The notes under the pieces: generated by a model
What the model was told of the DNA's origin: nothing
The model's database searches: none
Seen by the model: the letters and a program-made list of their open reading frames with translations, nothing else
Source: Dehalococcoidia bacterium
GTDB taxonomy: Bacteria; Chloroflexota; Dehalococcoidia; Dehalococcoidales; W111
Length of the DNA stretch: 64,000 nt
Assembly (NCBI GenBank): GCA_011191985.1
Contig: DUEU01000002.1
Location: 11,574-75,573, forward strand
Direction of reading: 5' to 3'
Part shown: positions 1 to 9,278 of the stretch, piece by piece
Position numbering within the stretch: position 1 is the first letter of the stretch
Layout of the letters: each line of letters opens with the position of its first letter
Made by a program: the position numbers and the translations under genes

Positions 1-6
1 GCGGTA

Positions 7-873
7 GTGATGGCGCTTCTCCTGGTGGCCGCAATCCCCCTATCAGCCCTGGCCCAGGATAGCGACGATGTCACCGCGAACCCGGCATCGAGACTGCGGG
101 ATGGTCTGGCTATCGTGGCGCCGCTGGTGGCACCGGTGGATACTAGGATATCCATGACGGTCTTCAGGTGCTCGGACCAGGAGCCGGTTGAGGGTGCCGG
201 TGTCTGGCTGGTTTCCCGGGAAAAGATAGAAACGCTGAGGCAGGAAGTGGCTGCATTAAGGGATAATGATGCCCTCGATGCGGAGTCGGATGCCTACGAG
301 AGACTGCTGGATGTTCACGGTACTTTTCTGGGCCGGACCGATGAGAAAGGCAAGCTCTGGCACTCCTTTGATAGTGCCGGGCGGTTCGTTCTCGTTGCCG
401 TTAAGAGGGGATACCTGCCCGACTCCAGGCCAATCGCCGTCGGGATGCTGCCTAGGGTGCTGGCCATTCGTGCCCCGTGGCGGGCCGAGGTCGGTAAAGA
501 CATTACCGTAGCCGTCTACCGGCGGGGCACTGAAAACCCGGTCGGGGAGGCCGGTGTCTGGGCTTTTACCCGTGAAGATGTCGAGTCCCTGAAGGCGGCC
601 GTATCCGGTATCCGGGAGAGCGGTGACCAGGTGGCTATCGATGCAGCGGTTACCGAAGCCTGTGATGTCCATGGTATTTTCCTGGGTACAACCGATGATA
701 ATGGCAAATTGAGTTACGCCTTCGAAAACGCCGGCGGCTATCTCCTCTTGGCCAGGAAACCCGGGTTCTTCCCCGGCTGGAGGCCGATAGTAATCGTTGA
801 GCCACCCACCGCCGATATCTTGGAGAGGCCGGTCCCCTTGGAGGATAACTCCGCTATTGCACCAAATCGGTAA
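7..873 (+). CDS. Secreted protein with two tandem ~112-aa repeat modules, function unknown
   Basis: 288-aa ORF with a signal-like N-terminus, ALLLVAAIPLSALAQD. Residues ~34-145 and ~152-263 align to each other (LAI.AP, AGVW, DVHG.FLG.TD..GKL, RPI). The start is near the window edge, so the true start could lie upstream. Confidence 0.6.
   Translation: MMALLLVAAIPLSALAQDSDDVTANPASRLRDGLAIVAPLVAPVDTRISMTVFRCSDQEPVEGAGVWLVSREKIETLRQEVAALRDNDALDAESDAYERLLDVHGTFLGRTDEKGKLWHSFDSAGRFVLVAVKRGYLPDSRPIAVGMLPRVLAIRAPWRAEVGKDITVAVYRRGTENPVGEAGVWAFTREDVESLKAAVSGIRESGDQVAIDAAVTEACDVHGIFLGTTDDNGKLSYAFENAGGYLLLARKPGFFPGWRPIVIVEPPTADILERPVPLEDNSAIAPNR
106..795 (+). repeat. Internal tandem duplication (two ~336-nt coding repeats, 106-441 and 460-795) within the first CDS
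   Basis: Protein-level self-similarity read directly from the translation, with an offset of 118 aa. Confidence 0.6.
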
Positions 874-1034
874 TATTAACCTATATCCAGAGTTGAGGTG
901 TTGCCTGGAGTTAGACGAAGCCCGTGCCAGTCTGCCTCCAGGCATTACCATGGGCGAAAGTCCTTACTCTACCCGACATTTAATGGACAACGGTATGGGA
1001 AAAATTGAAAGCTCTGGTATAATGGATAAAGACC

Positions 1035-1718
1035 ATGCAGACTATTCTTATTGTTGATGACGAGCCTAATATCATAGAGCTGGCCAGGCTTTATCTGGAA
1101 CGTGACGGGTACCAGGTTGAAGCCGTTACCAGCGGCCAGGACGCCCTCTTAAAACGCGAGGCGCTTAGCCCCGACCTTATTGTTCTCGACCTGATGCTGC
1201 CTGACATCGACGGCCTTGATGTTTGCCGTCAGATACGGGCCAACAGCACCGTACCTATTCTTATGCTGACTGCTCGTCGGGAAGACGTGGACAAGATAGT
1301 CGGTCTTGAGCTGGGTGCCGACGATTACCTGACCAAGCCGTTCAACCCCAGGGAGCTGGTGGCCAGGGTCAGGGCTGTCCTGCGCCGGTATCATACCGGG
1401 GTCGCCCCCGATGAAATAGTGGAAATGGGTAACCTGCGCCTGGATCTTTTGCGCCATGAGGTGAAGGTAGCGGGGAAACCGGTGTTACTTAGAACCAAGG
1501 AGTTTGACCTGCTGGCCGCCTTTGCCCGGAACCTGGGCATAGTTTTAAGCCGGGAAAAGCTGCTGGAGGTGGTCTGGGGGTATGACTACTACGGGGAGAC
1601 CCGTACCGTGGACGTCCATGTTAACCACCTGCGAAATAAAATCGCCGGCTCCGGGGTTGACATAGAAACGCTCCGTGGCACCGGCTACAAAATGACGCTG
1701 GCCGGGGGTAGTGAGTGA
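1035..1718 (+). CDS. OmpR/PhoB-family response regulator
   Basis: Receiver motifs: ILIVDDE, DLMLPDIDG, KPF. C-terminal winged helix: RTVDVHVNHLRNKI, TLRGTGYK. The stop overlaps the start of the downstream kinase. Confidence 0.9.
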   Translation: MQTILIVDDEPNIIELARLYLERDGYQVEAVTSGQDALLKREALSPDLIVLDLMLPDIDGLDVCRQIRANSTVPILMLTARREDVDKIVGLELGADDYLTKPFNPRELVARVRAVLRRYHTGVAPDEIVEMGNLRLDLLRHEVKVAGKPVLLRTKEFDLLAAFARNLGIVLSREKLLEVVWGYDYYGETRTVDVHVNHLRNKIAGSGVDIETLRGTGYKMTLAGGSE

Positions 1719-3133
1719 GCTTCCGGACCCGTCTTTTTGCTACCTATGCCCTGATCGTGGTCATATGTCTGGGACTGGTGGCTCTGTTGGTAACCGTGCT
1801 GCTCCAGGGTTACCGCGATAGATTGACCATGGAGCGTCTGGATAACATGGCCCGTCCTATATATGTTCAGGTAAGGTCTCTGGTTCTGGGCAATGTGACG
1901 TCCCGGCAGCTCTGGGCTAACCTTGAGGAGCAGGCACAAAAAAATAAGGTCTATATTATCATGGCCAGCAGCGATGGCAATATCGTCCGGCAGATAACCC
2001 CCGGGCAGCCGCCGTATCGACAACCGATAGCAGTGCCGCCAGGCGGCCTGCCGCAGGATATCCTGGAGCCCACGCAGGGCCGGTTTGAAAATACTGAAGG
2101 CAGGACATATATCTTTGCCGCATATCCTCTGGGCACGCTGGCCACCTCGGAGAAAGTACCTATTGACACCCTCATCCTTACCGTACCGCAGACCGGTTCG
2201 GTGGCCATTCTGGCCAGTCTTTTTCGGCCCTTCCTGCTGGCCGGTATCGCCGCCCTGGTTATCTCGCTGATACTGGCCTTTCTGTTCGCCCGCTCCGTGT
2301 ACCGTCCCCTGAAGCAGGTTACTGGGGCCGCGCGGAGGATAGCCCGTGGTGAGTATGACCAGAAAATACCGGTCACTAGTCCCCGGGAGTTCGGTGAACT
2401 GGCGGCCAGCTTCAACGACATGGCGGAAAAGGTGGACCAATCGCAGCAACAGTTGCGTCACTTTGTTGCCGACGTTTCCCATGAGTTGAAGAGCCCGATT
2501 ACTGCCATCCAGGGCTTCGCCCAGGCACTGGTTGACGGCACCGCCGGCGATGAAAATACCAGGCTGAAGGCAGCCCGGATTATAAACGATGAGTCAAAAA
2601 GGATGAAGCGCCAGGTGGACGAGCTTCTGGAGCTGGCCCGCATGCAGTCAGGACAGCTCAAAGTAAACCACGAGCCGGTCAATCTGAGCGAGCTTCTGGA
2701 GCATTGCCATGAGCTGTTCAGTATTCAGGCGCAGGAAAAGGGTATCCGGCTGGAGACAGCCGCCGAATCCCCGGTGACCGTAGTGGGGGACATAGACCGC
2801 CTCGAACAGTTGTTCAGCAATCTGCTGGACAACGCCATCAAAAATAGCCCGGCCGGTAGTGAGGTGCGTCTTACCGCCAGCCGGTCCGCCGGTGGCTACA
2901 CTGAGGTAAGGGTAGCCGATAGCGGGCCGGGAATTCCGCCAGAACAGATCCCCTATGTTTTCGAGCGGTTCTACCAGGTTACCGGTGTCAGGACCGGGGT
3001 CGGTCTCGGTCTGGCCATCGCCCGGGAGATAGTCTGGGCTCACGGTGGGACGATAGAAGTGAGGAGTGAGCCTGGCGAAGGGGCCGAGTTCATGGTAAAA
3101 TTACCTGTTGCCGGCCCGGAAAATCGGCCTTGA
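1715..3133 (+). CDS. Membrane sensor histidine kinase (HAMP-HisKA-HATPase_c)
   Basis: Two TM segments. H-box SHELKSPITAIQG, N-box LLDNAIKNSP, G1 DSGPGIP, G2 GVGLGLAIA. GTGA start/stop overlap with the regulator. Confidence 0.9.
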   Translation: MSFRTRLFATYALIVVICLGLVALLVTVLLQGYRDRLTMERLDNMARPIYVQVRSLVLGNVTSRQLWANLEEQAQKNKVYIIMASSDGNIVRQITPGQPPYRQPIAVPPGGLPQDILEPTQGRFENTEGRTYIFAAYPLGTLATSEKVPIDTLILTVPQTGSVAILASLFRPFLLAGIAALVISLILAFLFARSVYRPLKQVTGAARRIARGEYDQKIPVTSPREFGELAASFNDMAEKVDQSQQQLRHFVADVSHELKSPITAIQGFAQALVDGTAGDENTRLKAARIINDESKRMKRQVDELLELARMQSGQLKVNHEPVNLSELLEHCHELFSIQAQEKGIRLETAAESPVTVVGDIDRLEQLFSNLLDNAIKNSPAGSEVRLTASRSAGGYTEVRVADSGPGIPPEQIPYVFERFYQVTGVRTGVGLGLAIAREIVWAHGGTIEVRSEPGEGAEFMVKLPVAGPENRP

Positions 3134-3256
3134 GGTCGGCGGGGGCCGGCCACTGGACTGGTATCGGGGCATGATAAACACGCGCGACGATAATTGGAAG
3201 CTCACCGGCGGTAACAGGGGTGGCAGCAATATTATGAATCAACGAGGTGGAGTAAA

Positions 3257-4858
3257 ATGCCAGCCAGGAATGTATTGAAAGAGCTGTCTCGTTATAAGAT
3301 TGGCACCTTCGCCGACATCATCTACCGGAATGCGCTGCTGTATCCTGACAATGAGGCCTTCGTGTACGGGAAGAAAAGGGTAACCTTCTCCCAGTTCAAC
3401 GTCAGGGTAAACAGATTGATACACGCCCTGCATGATATGGGAGTGAAAAAAGGGGGGGTAATCGGTATTCTGTCTTGGAATTGTCTGGAATACGCTGACA
3501 TTTACGGGGCGGCGATGAAGGGGGGCTTTATTGCCTCGCCTTTCAACCCGAGATTGAAGGCGAATGAGCTTGATTATATCATTAATTATTCGGAGGCCAA
3601 CACCCTTTTCGTTGGGGCTGGGCTGCTGGAAATGGTCAACTCCCTGAGGCCACGTTTACCCAGGGTTGAGAATTATATCTCTCTGGAAGGCGCGGCCTCA
3701 GGCCTGGTTGATTATGATGACCTGCTGGCGTCGCACCGCCGGCAGGAGCCGGTGGTTAACATAGATGAGGACGACCCCCTCTGTATCATTTATACTAGTG
3801 GCACCACCGGCATTCCCCGTGGTGCCCTGTATACTCAGCGGTGCTTTGTGGATGACTCCCGGACGCTGAGTATAGATATGTGTCTGCAGGCCGGTGACCG
3901 GCGGGTACAGATAACGCCTCTCTTCCATATTGCCGGCAATAGCCATTTCCGGTCCTCCCTGTACACGGCGGGGTGTAATATACTCCTGAAAACCTTTGAC
4001 CCGGCGGCCGCGTTAAAGATTATCCAGGAGGAAAGGGCTACCCATATAGACTTTGTGCCAACCCATCTGGCGGCGATACTTAACCTGCCTGACCTTGATA
4101 AGTATGATATCAGTTCGGTTAAGTTCCTGTGGTATGGCGGCTCGCCCATGCCCCTGGAGGTGATGAAGAAGGGGGTAAAAGTGTTCGGGCCGGTCCTGGC
4201 CCAGGGGTACGGGCAGAGTGAGAGCGGCCCGGCCATTTCCCACCTGTCGCGGGAGGACCATGATGTCCTGGATAGACCGGAAGCGGAACAGAAGAAGCTC
4301 ACCTCGGCGGGCCGGCCGGATATCGGCGTGCACGTCCGAATCGTGGATGATGAAGGCAAAGATGTTGCGCCCGGCGAAGTGGGCGAGATAATAGTGCGAA
4401 GCCAGCATATCATGGTTGAGTACTGGCGTAAGCCTGAAGACACGCAGACTACCGTGAGAGACGGCTGGCTCTATACCGGCGATATGGGGTATTGCGATGA
4501 GCAGGGCTATATCTATATTGCCGACCGGAAAAAGGATATGATAATCTCCGGTGGGGAAAATATCTATCCCCGGGAGGTGGAAGAGGTCATTCAGCGGCAT
4601 CCTGCTGTTCTGGAGGTGGCGGTTATCGGCGTTCCTGACCCGTACTGGGTGGAAAGAGTTCACGCCGTAGTGGTAGCGAAGAAAGAAGCCAGAGCCACCG
4701 CCGAGGAGATTATCGCCTTTTGTAAAGTGCACCTGGCCGGTTATAAGACACCAAAGTCGGTGGATTTTGTGGCCGCGCTCCCCAGAAATCCCACCGGGAA
4801 GATTCTAAAGAGGGAGTTGAGGGAGACGTACCGGGCAAAGGCGGTGGGAGGGACTTAG
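3257..4858 (+). CDS. AMP-forming acyl-CoA synthetase / fatty-acid-CoA ligase family
   Basis: Motifs: IIYTSGTTGIPRGA, YGQSE, GWLYTGDMG, PRNPTGKILKREL. Confidence 0.9.
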   Translation: MPARNVLKELSRYKIGTFADIIYRNALLYPDNEAFVYGKKRVTFSQFNVRVNRLIHALHDMGVKKGGVIGILSWNCLEYADIYGAAMKGGFIASPFNPRLKANELDYIINYSEANTLFVGAGLLEMVNSLRPRLPRVENYISLEGAASGLVDYDDLLASHRRQEPVVNIDEDDPLCIIYTSGTTGIPRGALYTQRCFVDDSRTLSIDMCLQAGDRRVQITPLFHIAGNSHFRSSLYTAGCNILLKTFDPAAALKIIQEERATHIDFVPTHLAAILNLPDLDKYDISSVKFLWYGGSPMPLEVMKKGVKVFGPVLAQGYGQSESGPAISHLSREDHDVLDRPEAEQKKLTSAGRPDIGVHVRIVDDEGKDVAPGEVGEIIVRSQHIMVEYWRKPEDTQTTVRDGWLYTGDMGYCDEQGYIYIADRKKDMIISGGENIYPREVEEVIQRHPAVLEVAVIGVPDPYWVERVHAVVVAKKEARATAEEIIAFCKVHLAGYKTPKSVDFVAALPRNPTGKILKRELRETYRAKAVGGT

Positions 4859-4890
4859 AGCCCTAACACTGCCAGCGCTTGGTCGGCTGG

Positions 4891-5097
4891 TTAATGGATG
4901 AGGAGACTTCCCAAATAAAATATATTTTGGCCGGCGTAACTGGGGAACCCTATTTGGTCTCGTCCTGCTGCCGGTGGAGTTGTTGGGGTGGGCGGTGCCT
5001 CACTTGGTCCACAACAGGCGCTGAGCAGCGGTATTGATACCAGTAGTGCCAGCAGGGCGAGACTGATGGCCATACGCGGCCATAATCTTGCTCGCAT
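4891..5097 (-). CDS. Possible small lipoprotein (hypothetical)
   Basis: 68-aa ORF with a hydrophobic signal, a LLSAC lipobox-like motif and a PT-rich linker. There is no homology evidence, and it could be a remnant. Confidence 0.3.
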   Translation of the reverse strand: MRARLWPRMAISLALLALLVSIPLLSACCGPSEAPPTPTTPPAAGRDQIGFPSYAGQNIFYLGSLLIH

Positions 5098-5251
5098 TAA
5101 TTAACCTTCTTGATTCTCCAGGTTTTGTACACCGTGTTACTATAATCTGGTTGTTGCTAAATTAGCAATTCAACGGTCTTCGGGCTAACCAAAGCAGTTT
5201 CCCATCGTTTATAATTACAGGAAATGTAGCAAAGAGCCGAAGGAGGTTGAT

Positions 5252-6529
5252 GTGAAAAAATTGCTAATGGTTATCATGGCTGTCGTCCTGGTGGGTGTGG
5301 TGGCCTGTGCCCAGCCCGTATCGGGGAATGTGCTGAAATCGGAGAAACCCCGCGATACTGCGCCGCAGGCCGGCCAGACTGACCTGACTGTTCTGGTTGA
5401 GGGCAACAGCGATTTCGCTTTCAACTTATATCAGGAATTGAGGGATAAAGAAGAAGGTAACCTGTTCTATTCTCCCCACAGCATTTCGCTGGCTCTGGCC
5501 ATGACCTACGCCGGCGCCAGGGGTGAGACAGAACAGCAGATGGCGGATACCCTCCACTTTCTGCTGGCGCAGGATGATCTGCACCGGGCCTTCAATGCCC
5601 TGGATATTGAGCTGGCCAGCCGTGGCGAAGGTGCCCAGGGCAAGGACGGTGAGGGGTTTCGCCTTAATATCGTCAATGCCATCTGGGGGCAGAAGGACTA
5701 CCAGTTTCTTACCGAGTTCCTGGATACGCTCGCCGAGAACTATGGGGCCGGTCTCCGGCTGCTTGATTTTATCAGTGACCCGGAAGAGTCCCGCATTACC
5801 ATTAATGAGTGGGTCAGTGACCAGACAGAAGAGAGGATCAATGACCTGATCCCGCAGGGTGCCATCAATTTCCTCACGCGGCTGGTGCTCACCAATGCCA
5901 TCTACTTCAATGCTGCCTGGCAGTACCCCTTTGAAGAGAGTAACACCCGGGATGGTACTTTCTACCTGCTCGATGGTGGCGAAGTTACTGTCCCCATGAT
6001 GCACCAGACGGAGGAGTTCGGCTATGCCGAGGGTGATGGTTATCAGGTTGTGGAATTGCCGTACGACGGCGGTGAGCTGGCTATGATAATCCTGCTGCCC
6101 CGGCTGGGCCGGTTTGAGGATTTCGAAAGCTCGTTAGATTCTCAGCAGGTAGCGGCCATGATACCAGATTTAGAGCACCGGCAGGTTATCCTGACCATGC
6201 CAAAATTTGAGTTCGAATCTGAGTTCAGCCTGAAAAAGACCCTGGCGACCATGGGTATGCCAGTGGCCTTCTCGGACGGCGCCGATTTCTCCGGCATGAC
6301 GGGCGGCCGTGAGCTCTTGATATCGGACGTAATCCATAAGGCATTTGTCTCGGTCGATGAAGCCGGCACCGAAGCGGCTGCGGCGACGGCGGTAATCATG
6401 AGGGCAACAGCGCTACCCGTTGGCGGACCGGTGGAGGTGAGCCTGGACCGGCCGTTCCTATTCTTTATCCGCGACATTAGTACCGGGTCAATACTCTTTG
6501 TCGGGCGCGTTGCCAATCCGGCGGAATAA
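5252..6529 (+). CDS. Serpin (serine protease inhibitor), predicted lipoprotein
   Basis: GTG start after an AGGAGG RBS. Signal with VVAC lipobox. Serpin motifs: NAIYFNAAWQYPF, hinge EAGTEAAAATAV, DRPFLFFIRD. Confidence 0.9.
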   Translation: MKKLLMVIMAVVLVGVVACAQPVSGNVLKSEKPRDTAPQAGQTDLTVLVEGNSDFAFNLYQELRDKEEGNLFYSPHSISLALAMTYAGARGETEQQMADTLHFLLAQDDLHRAFNALDIELASRGEGAQGKDGEGFRLNIVNAIWGQKDYQFLTEFLDTLAENYGAGLRLLDFISDPEESRITINEWVSDQTEERINDLIPQGAINFLTRLVLTNAIYFNAAWQYPFEESNTRDGTFYLLDGGEVTVPMMHQTEEFGYAEGDGYQVVELPYDGGELAMIILLPRLGRFEDFESSLDSQQVAAMIPDLEHRQVILTMPKFEFESEFSLKKTLATMGMPVAFSDGADFSGMTGGRELLISDVIHKAFVSVDEAGTEAAAATAVIMRATALPVGGPVEVSLDRPFLFFIRDISTGSILFVGRVANPAE

Positions 6530-6721
6530 GCCGGACGGCGAGCGTCGCCTGATATAGATGAAGGCGGTCAGCAAGTTCAAGATGATGCTGGTCATGATAA
6601 AAGGCAGCGAATAGTAGCGCTATCTACCGCATTTTCTCGAAAGTCGCTCTATAAGAAACATATTTTCTGATTGGCTCCTGCCCGTTAAAGGTGATAGTGT
6701 GACTTCAGGAGAGGTCTGTTG

Positions 6722-7855
6722 ATGTCTTCGAGCAGCGATAGTGAAAAACCGGCTGGTATGGGTTTCCGGGGCAATTGCCAGACTACGGCCATGGGGATTA
6801 TGCCCCATAGCGATATAGATAGAGCACTTGAGCTTTCTCTGGGCCTGGATATCTCGTTCTGGCCGCAGTTACCCCGCGTCAGCTACTATGAGGATATGTA
6901 TGTGCAGGCGTCGGAGCATTTCCCGGGAATAGTAATTGATGTGGCCAATCAGAGGATATCATTTGATTCCGCCCGGTTTGCCGAGGGACTGGCTGAATAC
7001 TCGGAGAAAATGGCGGATGCGGCCACTTTTACTTTAACCGATGAATACTCCGCGGTGTATCGCCGGTTTCTGGCTGAGGACCTGGGCCAATATCCGGCCA
7101 TCAGGGGGCAGGTCATCGGTCCGGTAAGCTTCGGCTTTAAGGTATTTGACGAAAACGACGTACCGATTATCTACAACGAGGCGGTCAGAACAGTACTGTT
7201 TGATTTTTTGAGCCGGAAGGTTAATGCCCAGTACGCCGAGTTGAAAGAAAAGAACCAACACGCTTTCGTCTGGATGGATGAGCCCGGCCTGGGCTGGGTA
7301 TTCAGCGGCCTTTCCGGGTATGACGACCTGGTAGCCAAACGGGAGTACCGCGAATTTCTGGGCAGTCTCGCCGGCCCGGGGGCCCTGCACCTTTGTGCCA
7401 ATGTTAACCTGCCGTACCTGCTGGGTATGGGCACTGCACTGCTCTCTTTTGACGCTTACCAGATGGAAATATTACCCAAGGGATACGCCGCCGCGGTAGC
7501 TGGCTTCCTGAAAAGCGGGGGCATAATATCCTGGGGGATTGTCCCTACCGATTCTGCGTCTTTAGCGGGTGAGACTCCGGAGGGCCTGTTAGCGCTTCTT
7601 CGTAATTACTGGGAGGTCGTTGCCGCCAATACTGATATTACCGTGAAGCGGGTAGCCGAACAGGCCCTTATTGCGCCGGCTCGCTGTTGTCTCAAGAATG
7701 TCGGGCAGGCTGGCGCCAGCAATGAGCCGGTGGCCACGGAGAGACAAGGCAGTTGTTTGTTACAACCCGAAGAGCAGCTAGTTGAAGCTGCGTTTGAGCA
7801 CCTGAAAACGGTTTCCCGGATCCTGAGGGAAGGATTTGGTTTATATGATTCCTAG
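6722..7855 (+). CDS. Hypothetical protein, possibly MetE C-terminal-like / uroporphyrinogen-decarboxylase-like TIM-barrel fold
   Basis: 377 aa, ATG after the RBS CAGGAGAGG. Only weak architectural resemblance from memory; no diagnostic motif identified. Confidence 0.5.
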   Translation: MSSSSDSEKPAGMGFRGNCQTTAMGIMPHSDIDRALELSLGLDISFWPQLPRVSYYEDMYVQASEHFPGIVIDVANQRISFDSARFAEGLAEYSEKMADAATFTLTDEYSAVYRRFLAEDLGQYPAIRGQVIGPVSFGFKVFDENDVPIIYNEAVRTVLFDFLSRKVNAQYAELKEKNQHAFVWMDEPGLGWVFSGLSGYDDLVAKREYREFLGSLAGPGALHLCANVNLPYLLGMGTALLSFDAYQMEILPKGYAAAVAGFLKSGGIISWGIVPTDSASLAGETPEGLLALLRNYWEVVAANTDITVKRVAEQALIAPARCCLKNVGQAGASNEPVATERQGSCLLQPEEQLVEAAFEHLKTVSRILREGFGLYDS

Positions 7856-7932
7856 CTCATCTTGGTAATAGCTATTTTTGACAATGCTTCTCGTCTTACC
7901 AGTCTCAATTCACTGCCAAATATTTTCAGTAA

Positions 7933-7961
7933 TTGACACTATCTTGCTGACCTCCTATTAT
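7933..7961 (+). promoter_or_regulatory. Candidate sigma70-type promoter for the dehydratase operon
   Basis: TTGACA (7933-7938), 17-nt spacer, TATTAT (7956-7961), in the AT-rich intergenic region upstream of 8093. Confidence 0.4.
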
Positions 7962-8092
7962 GACTATTGGCTTGTTAGGGGAGGCAGATCTTGATAGATT
8001 TTATATTAATGTTGCCTGAAGCTACCGACTTATAAAACGCAATCTTCTTTTGTTATTGATAGACCTAGATAAGTTTGTTATTATAAGCCAGA

Positions 8093-9277
8093 TTGATGTT
8101 GAGTAAGGAGGTGAACTCATTGAATACCATTGAAGAGTTGGCTAAAATTGCCCGCACCCGACCCGAGAAACTGAAGGAACAAAAAGGGAAGGGTGTTAAG
8201 CTGATTGGCTACATTGGCCGATTTGTTCCAGAAGAGTTAATCATCGCATCTGGTGCGTCACCGTATTTGCTGTGCCGGGGGGGACAACCCGAACCGCCGG
8301 ACGCGGTAATGCCTTATTTAATTCGTTTCTATAGCCCATACTCCAGATCGCAAATTGGTTATCATTTAATGGGTATAGACCCGATGGTGCCGATCCTTGA
8401 CCTCATAGCAATACAAGCCAGTGATTGTCATGAAGCAAGGCTGGCAGATGTATGCGAATACTGTAAATTGCCGCTCGCGAGGCTGGGTGTTCCTCCTGAT
8501 TGGGACAAGTCGCTCTCCCGGGATTATTACCAGAAACAGTTAATATCACTAAAGGAGAAATTAGAAGCTCTAACTGGCCATACGATAACGGACGAAAAGC
8601 TTAAGGGCTCAATCGAGAGTATTAACAAAATAAGAGACGCTTTAAAAAAGATCGATCTACTAAGAAGAGAACAGCCGCCACGCATCGGCGGTTACGACTT
8701 TATTCGGCTCAATCATTATTCCTTCTACGGCGACCCGGAGGTGCTAATAGTCCAGCTTAATAATCTGTACGAGCAACTACAAAAAGGTAAAAGTCCTTTC
8801 ACCGGCAAAGAGCCCAGAATACTCCTAGTTGGTCATGTAATAGCTGCAGGCGACTATGTCGTTCCCAAGCTAATTGAAGACTCCGGTGGCGTGATAGTCG
8901 CTGAGTTGCTGGACGAGGGAATGAGACAGTGTGCCTGGAATGTAAAGACTGAGGGTGACCTAATAGCAAACCTGGTTAAAACCTATTATTTGGAAAGAAC
9001 GCCGCCATCTATATTTCAACCAGCCTGGGAGAAAAGAGTGGAATTTATAAAAACCCTTGTAAAAGATTTTAACATCGATGGCGTAGTGTGGTATCAACTA
9101 ACTTTTGATGAGATATACAGTCTGGAGAGCAATATAGTTTCAGAGGCGATGGTGGAAATAAACACTCCCTTTTTGAAGCTCGAGTCCTCCTACGAATATT
9201 CAAGAGAGGCTATGGGGCCGCTAACAACACGAATTGAAAGCTTCATTGAATCGATTAAGCAGAAAAGGAGTCGATGA
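8093..9277 (+). CDS. 2-hydroxyacyl-CoA dehydratase / benzoyl-CoA reductase family subunit (HGD-D-type)
   Basis: N-terminal GYIGRFVPEELIIASGASPYLLCRGG is typical of the family. The gene is co-operonic with a second subunit and an activator ATPase. A likelier start is TTG at 8120, preceded by AAGGAGGTG. Confidence 0.8.
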   Translation: MMLSKEVNSLNTIEELAKIARTRPEKLKEQKGKGVKLIGYIGRFVPEELIIASGASPYLLCRGGQPEPPDAVMPYLIRFYSPYSRSQIGYHLMGIDPMVPILDLIAIQASDCHEARLADVCEYCKLPLARLGVPPDWDKSLSRDYYQKQLISLKEKLEALTGHTITDEKLKGSIESINKIRDALKKIDLLRREQPPRIGGYDFIRLNHYSFYGDPEVLIVQLNNLYEQLQKGKSPFTGKEPRILLVGHVIAAGDYVVPKLIEDSGGVIVAELLDEGMRQCAWNVKTEGDLIANLVKTYYLERTPPSIFQPAWEKRVEFIKTLVKDFNIDGVVWYQLTFDEIYSLESNIVSEAMVEINTPFLKLESSYEYSREAMGPLTTRIESFIESIKQKRSR

Positions 9278-9278
9278 A

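Noticed and set aside
256-951. 231-aa minus-strand ORF overlapping the first CDS
   Set aside because: It is antisense to a CDS with clear signal-peptide and repeat structure. It has a Gly/Pro/Arg-rich composition typical of the antisense frame of GC-rich coding DNA, and I see no RBS.
1685-2482. 265-aa and 156-aa minus-strand ORFs inside the histidine-kinase gene
   Set aside because: They are antisense to a gene with unambiguous HK motifs. Their low-complexity, Arg/Gly-rich translations show no domain signatures.
3835-4732. 202-aa and 239-aa minus-strand ORFs inside the acyl-CoA synthetase gene
   Set aside because: They are antisense to a CDS that carries all the AMP-binding motifs, so they are most likely shadow ORFs.
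9234-9278. Upstream extension of the second dehydratase subunit, which would overlap the first subunit by 44 nt
   Set aside because: The ATG at 9279 has a proper AAAAGGAG RBS and begins 1 nt after the upstream stop. The extension encodes the out-of-frame tail of the upstream gene.
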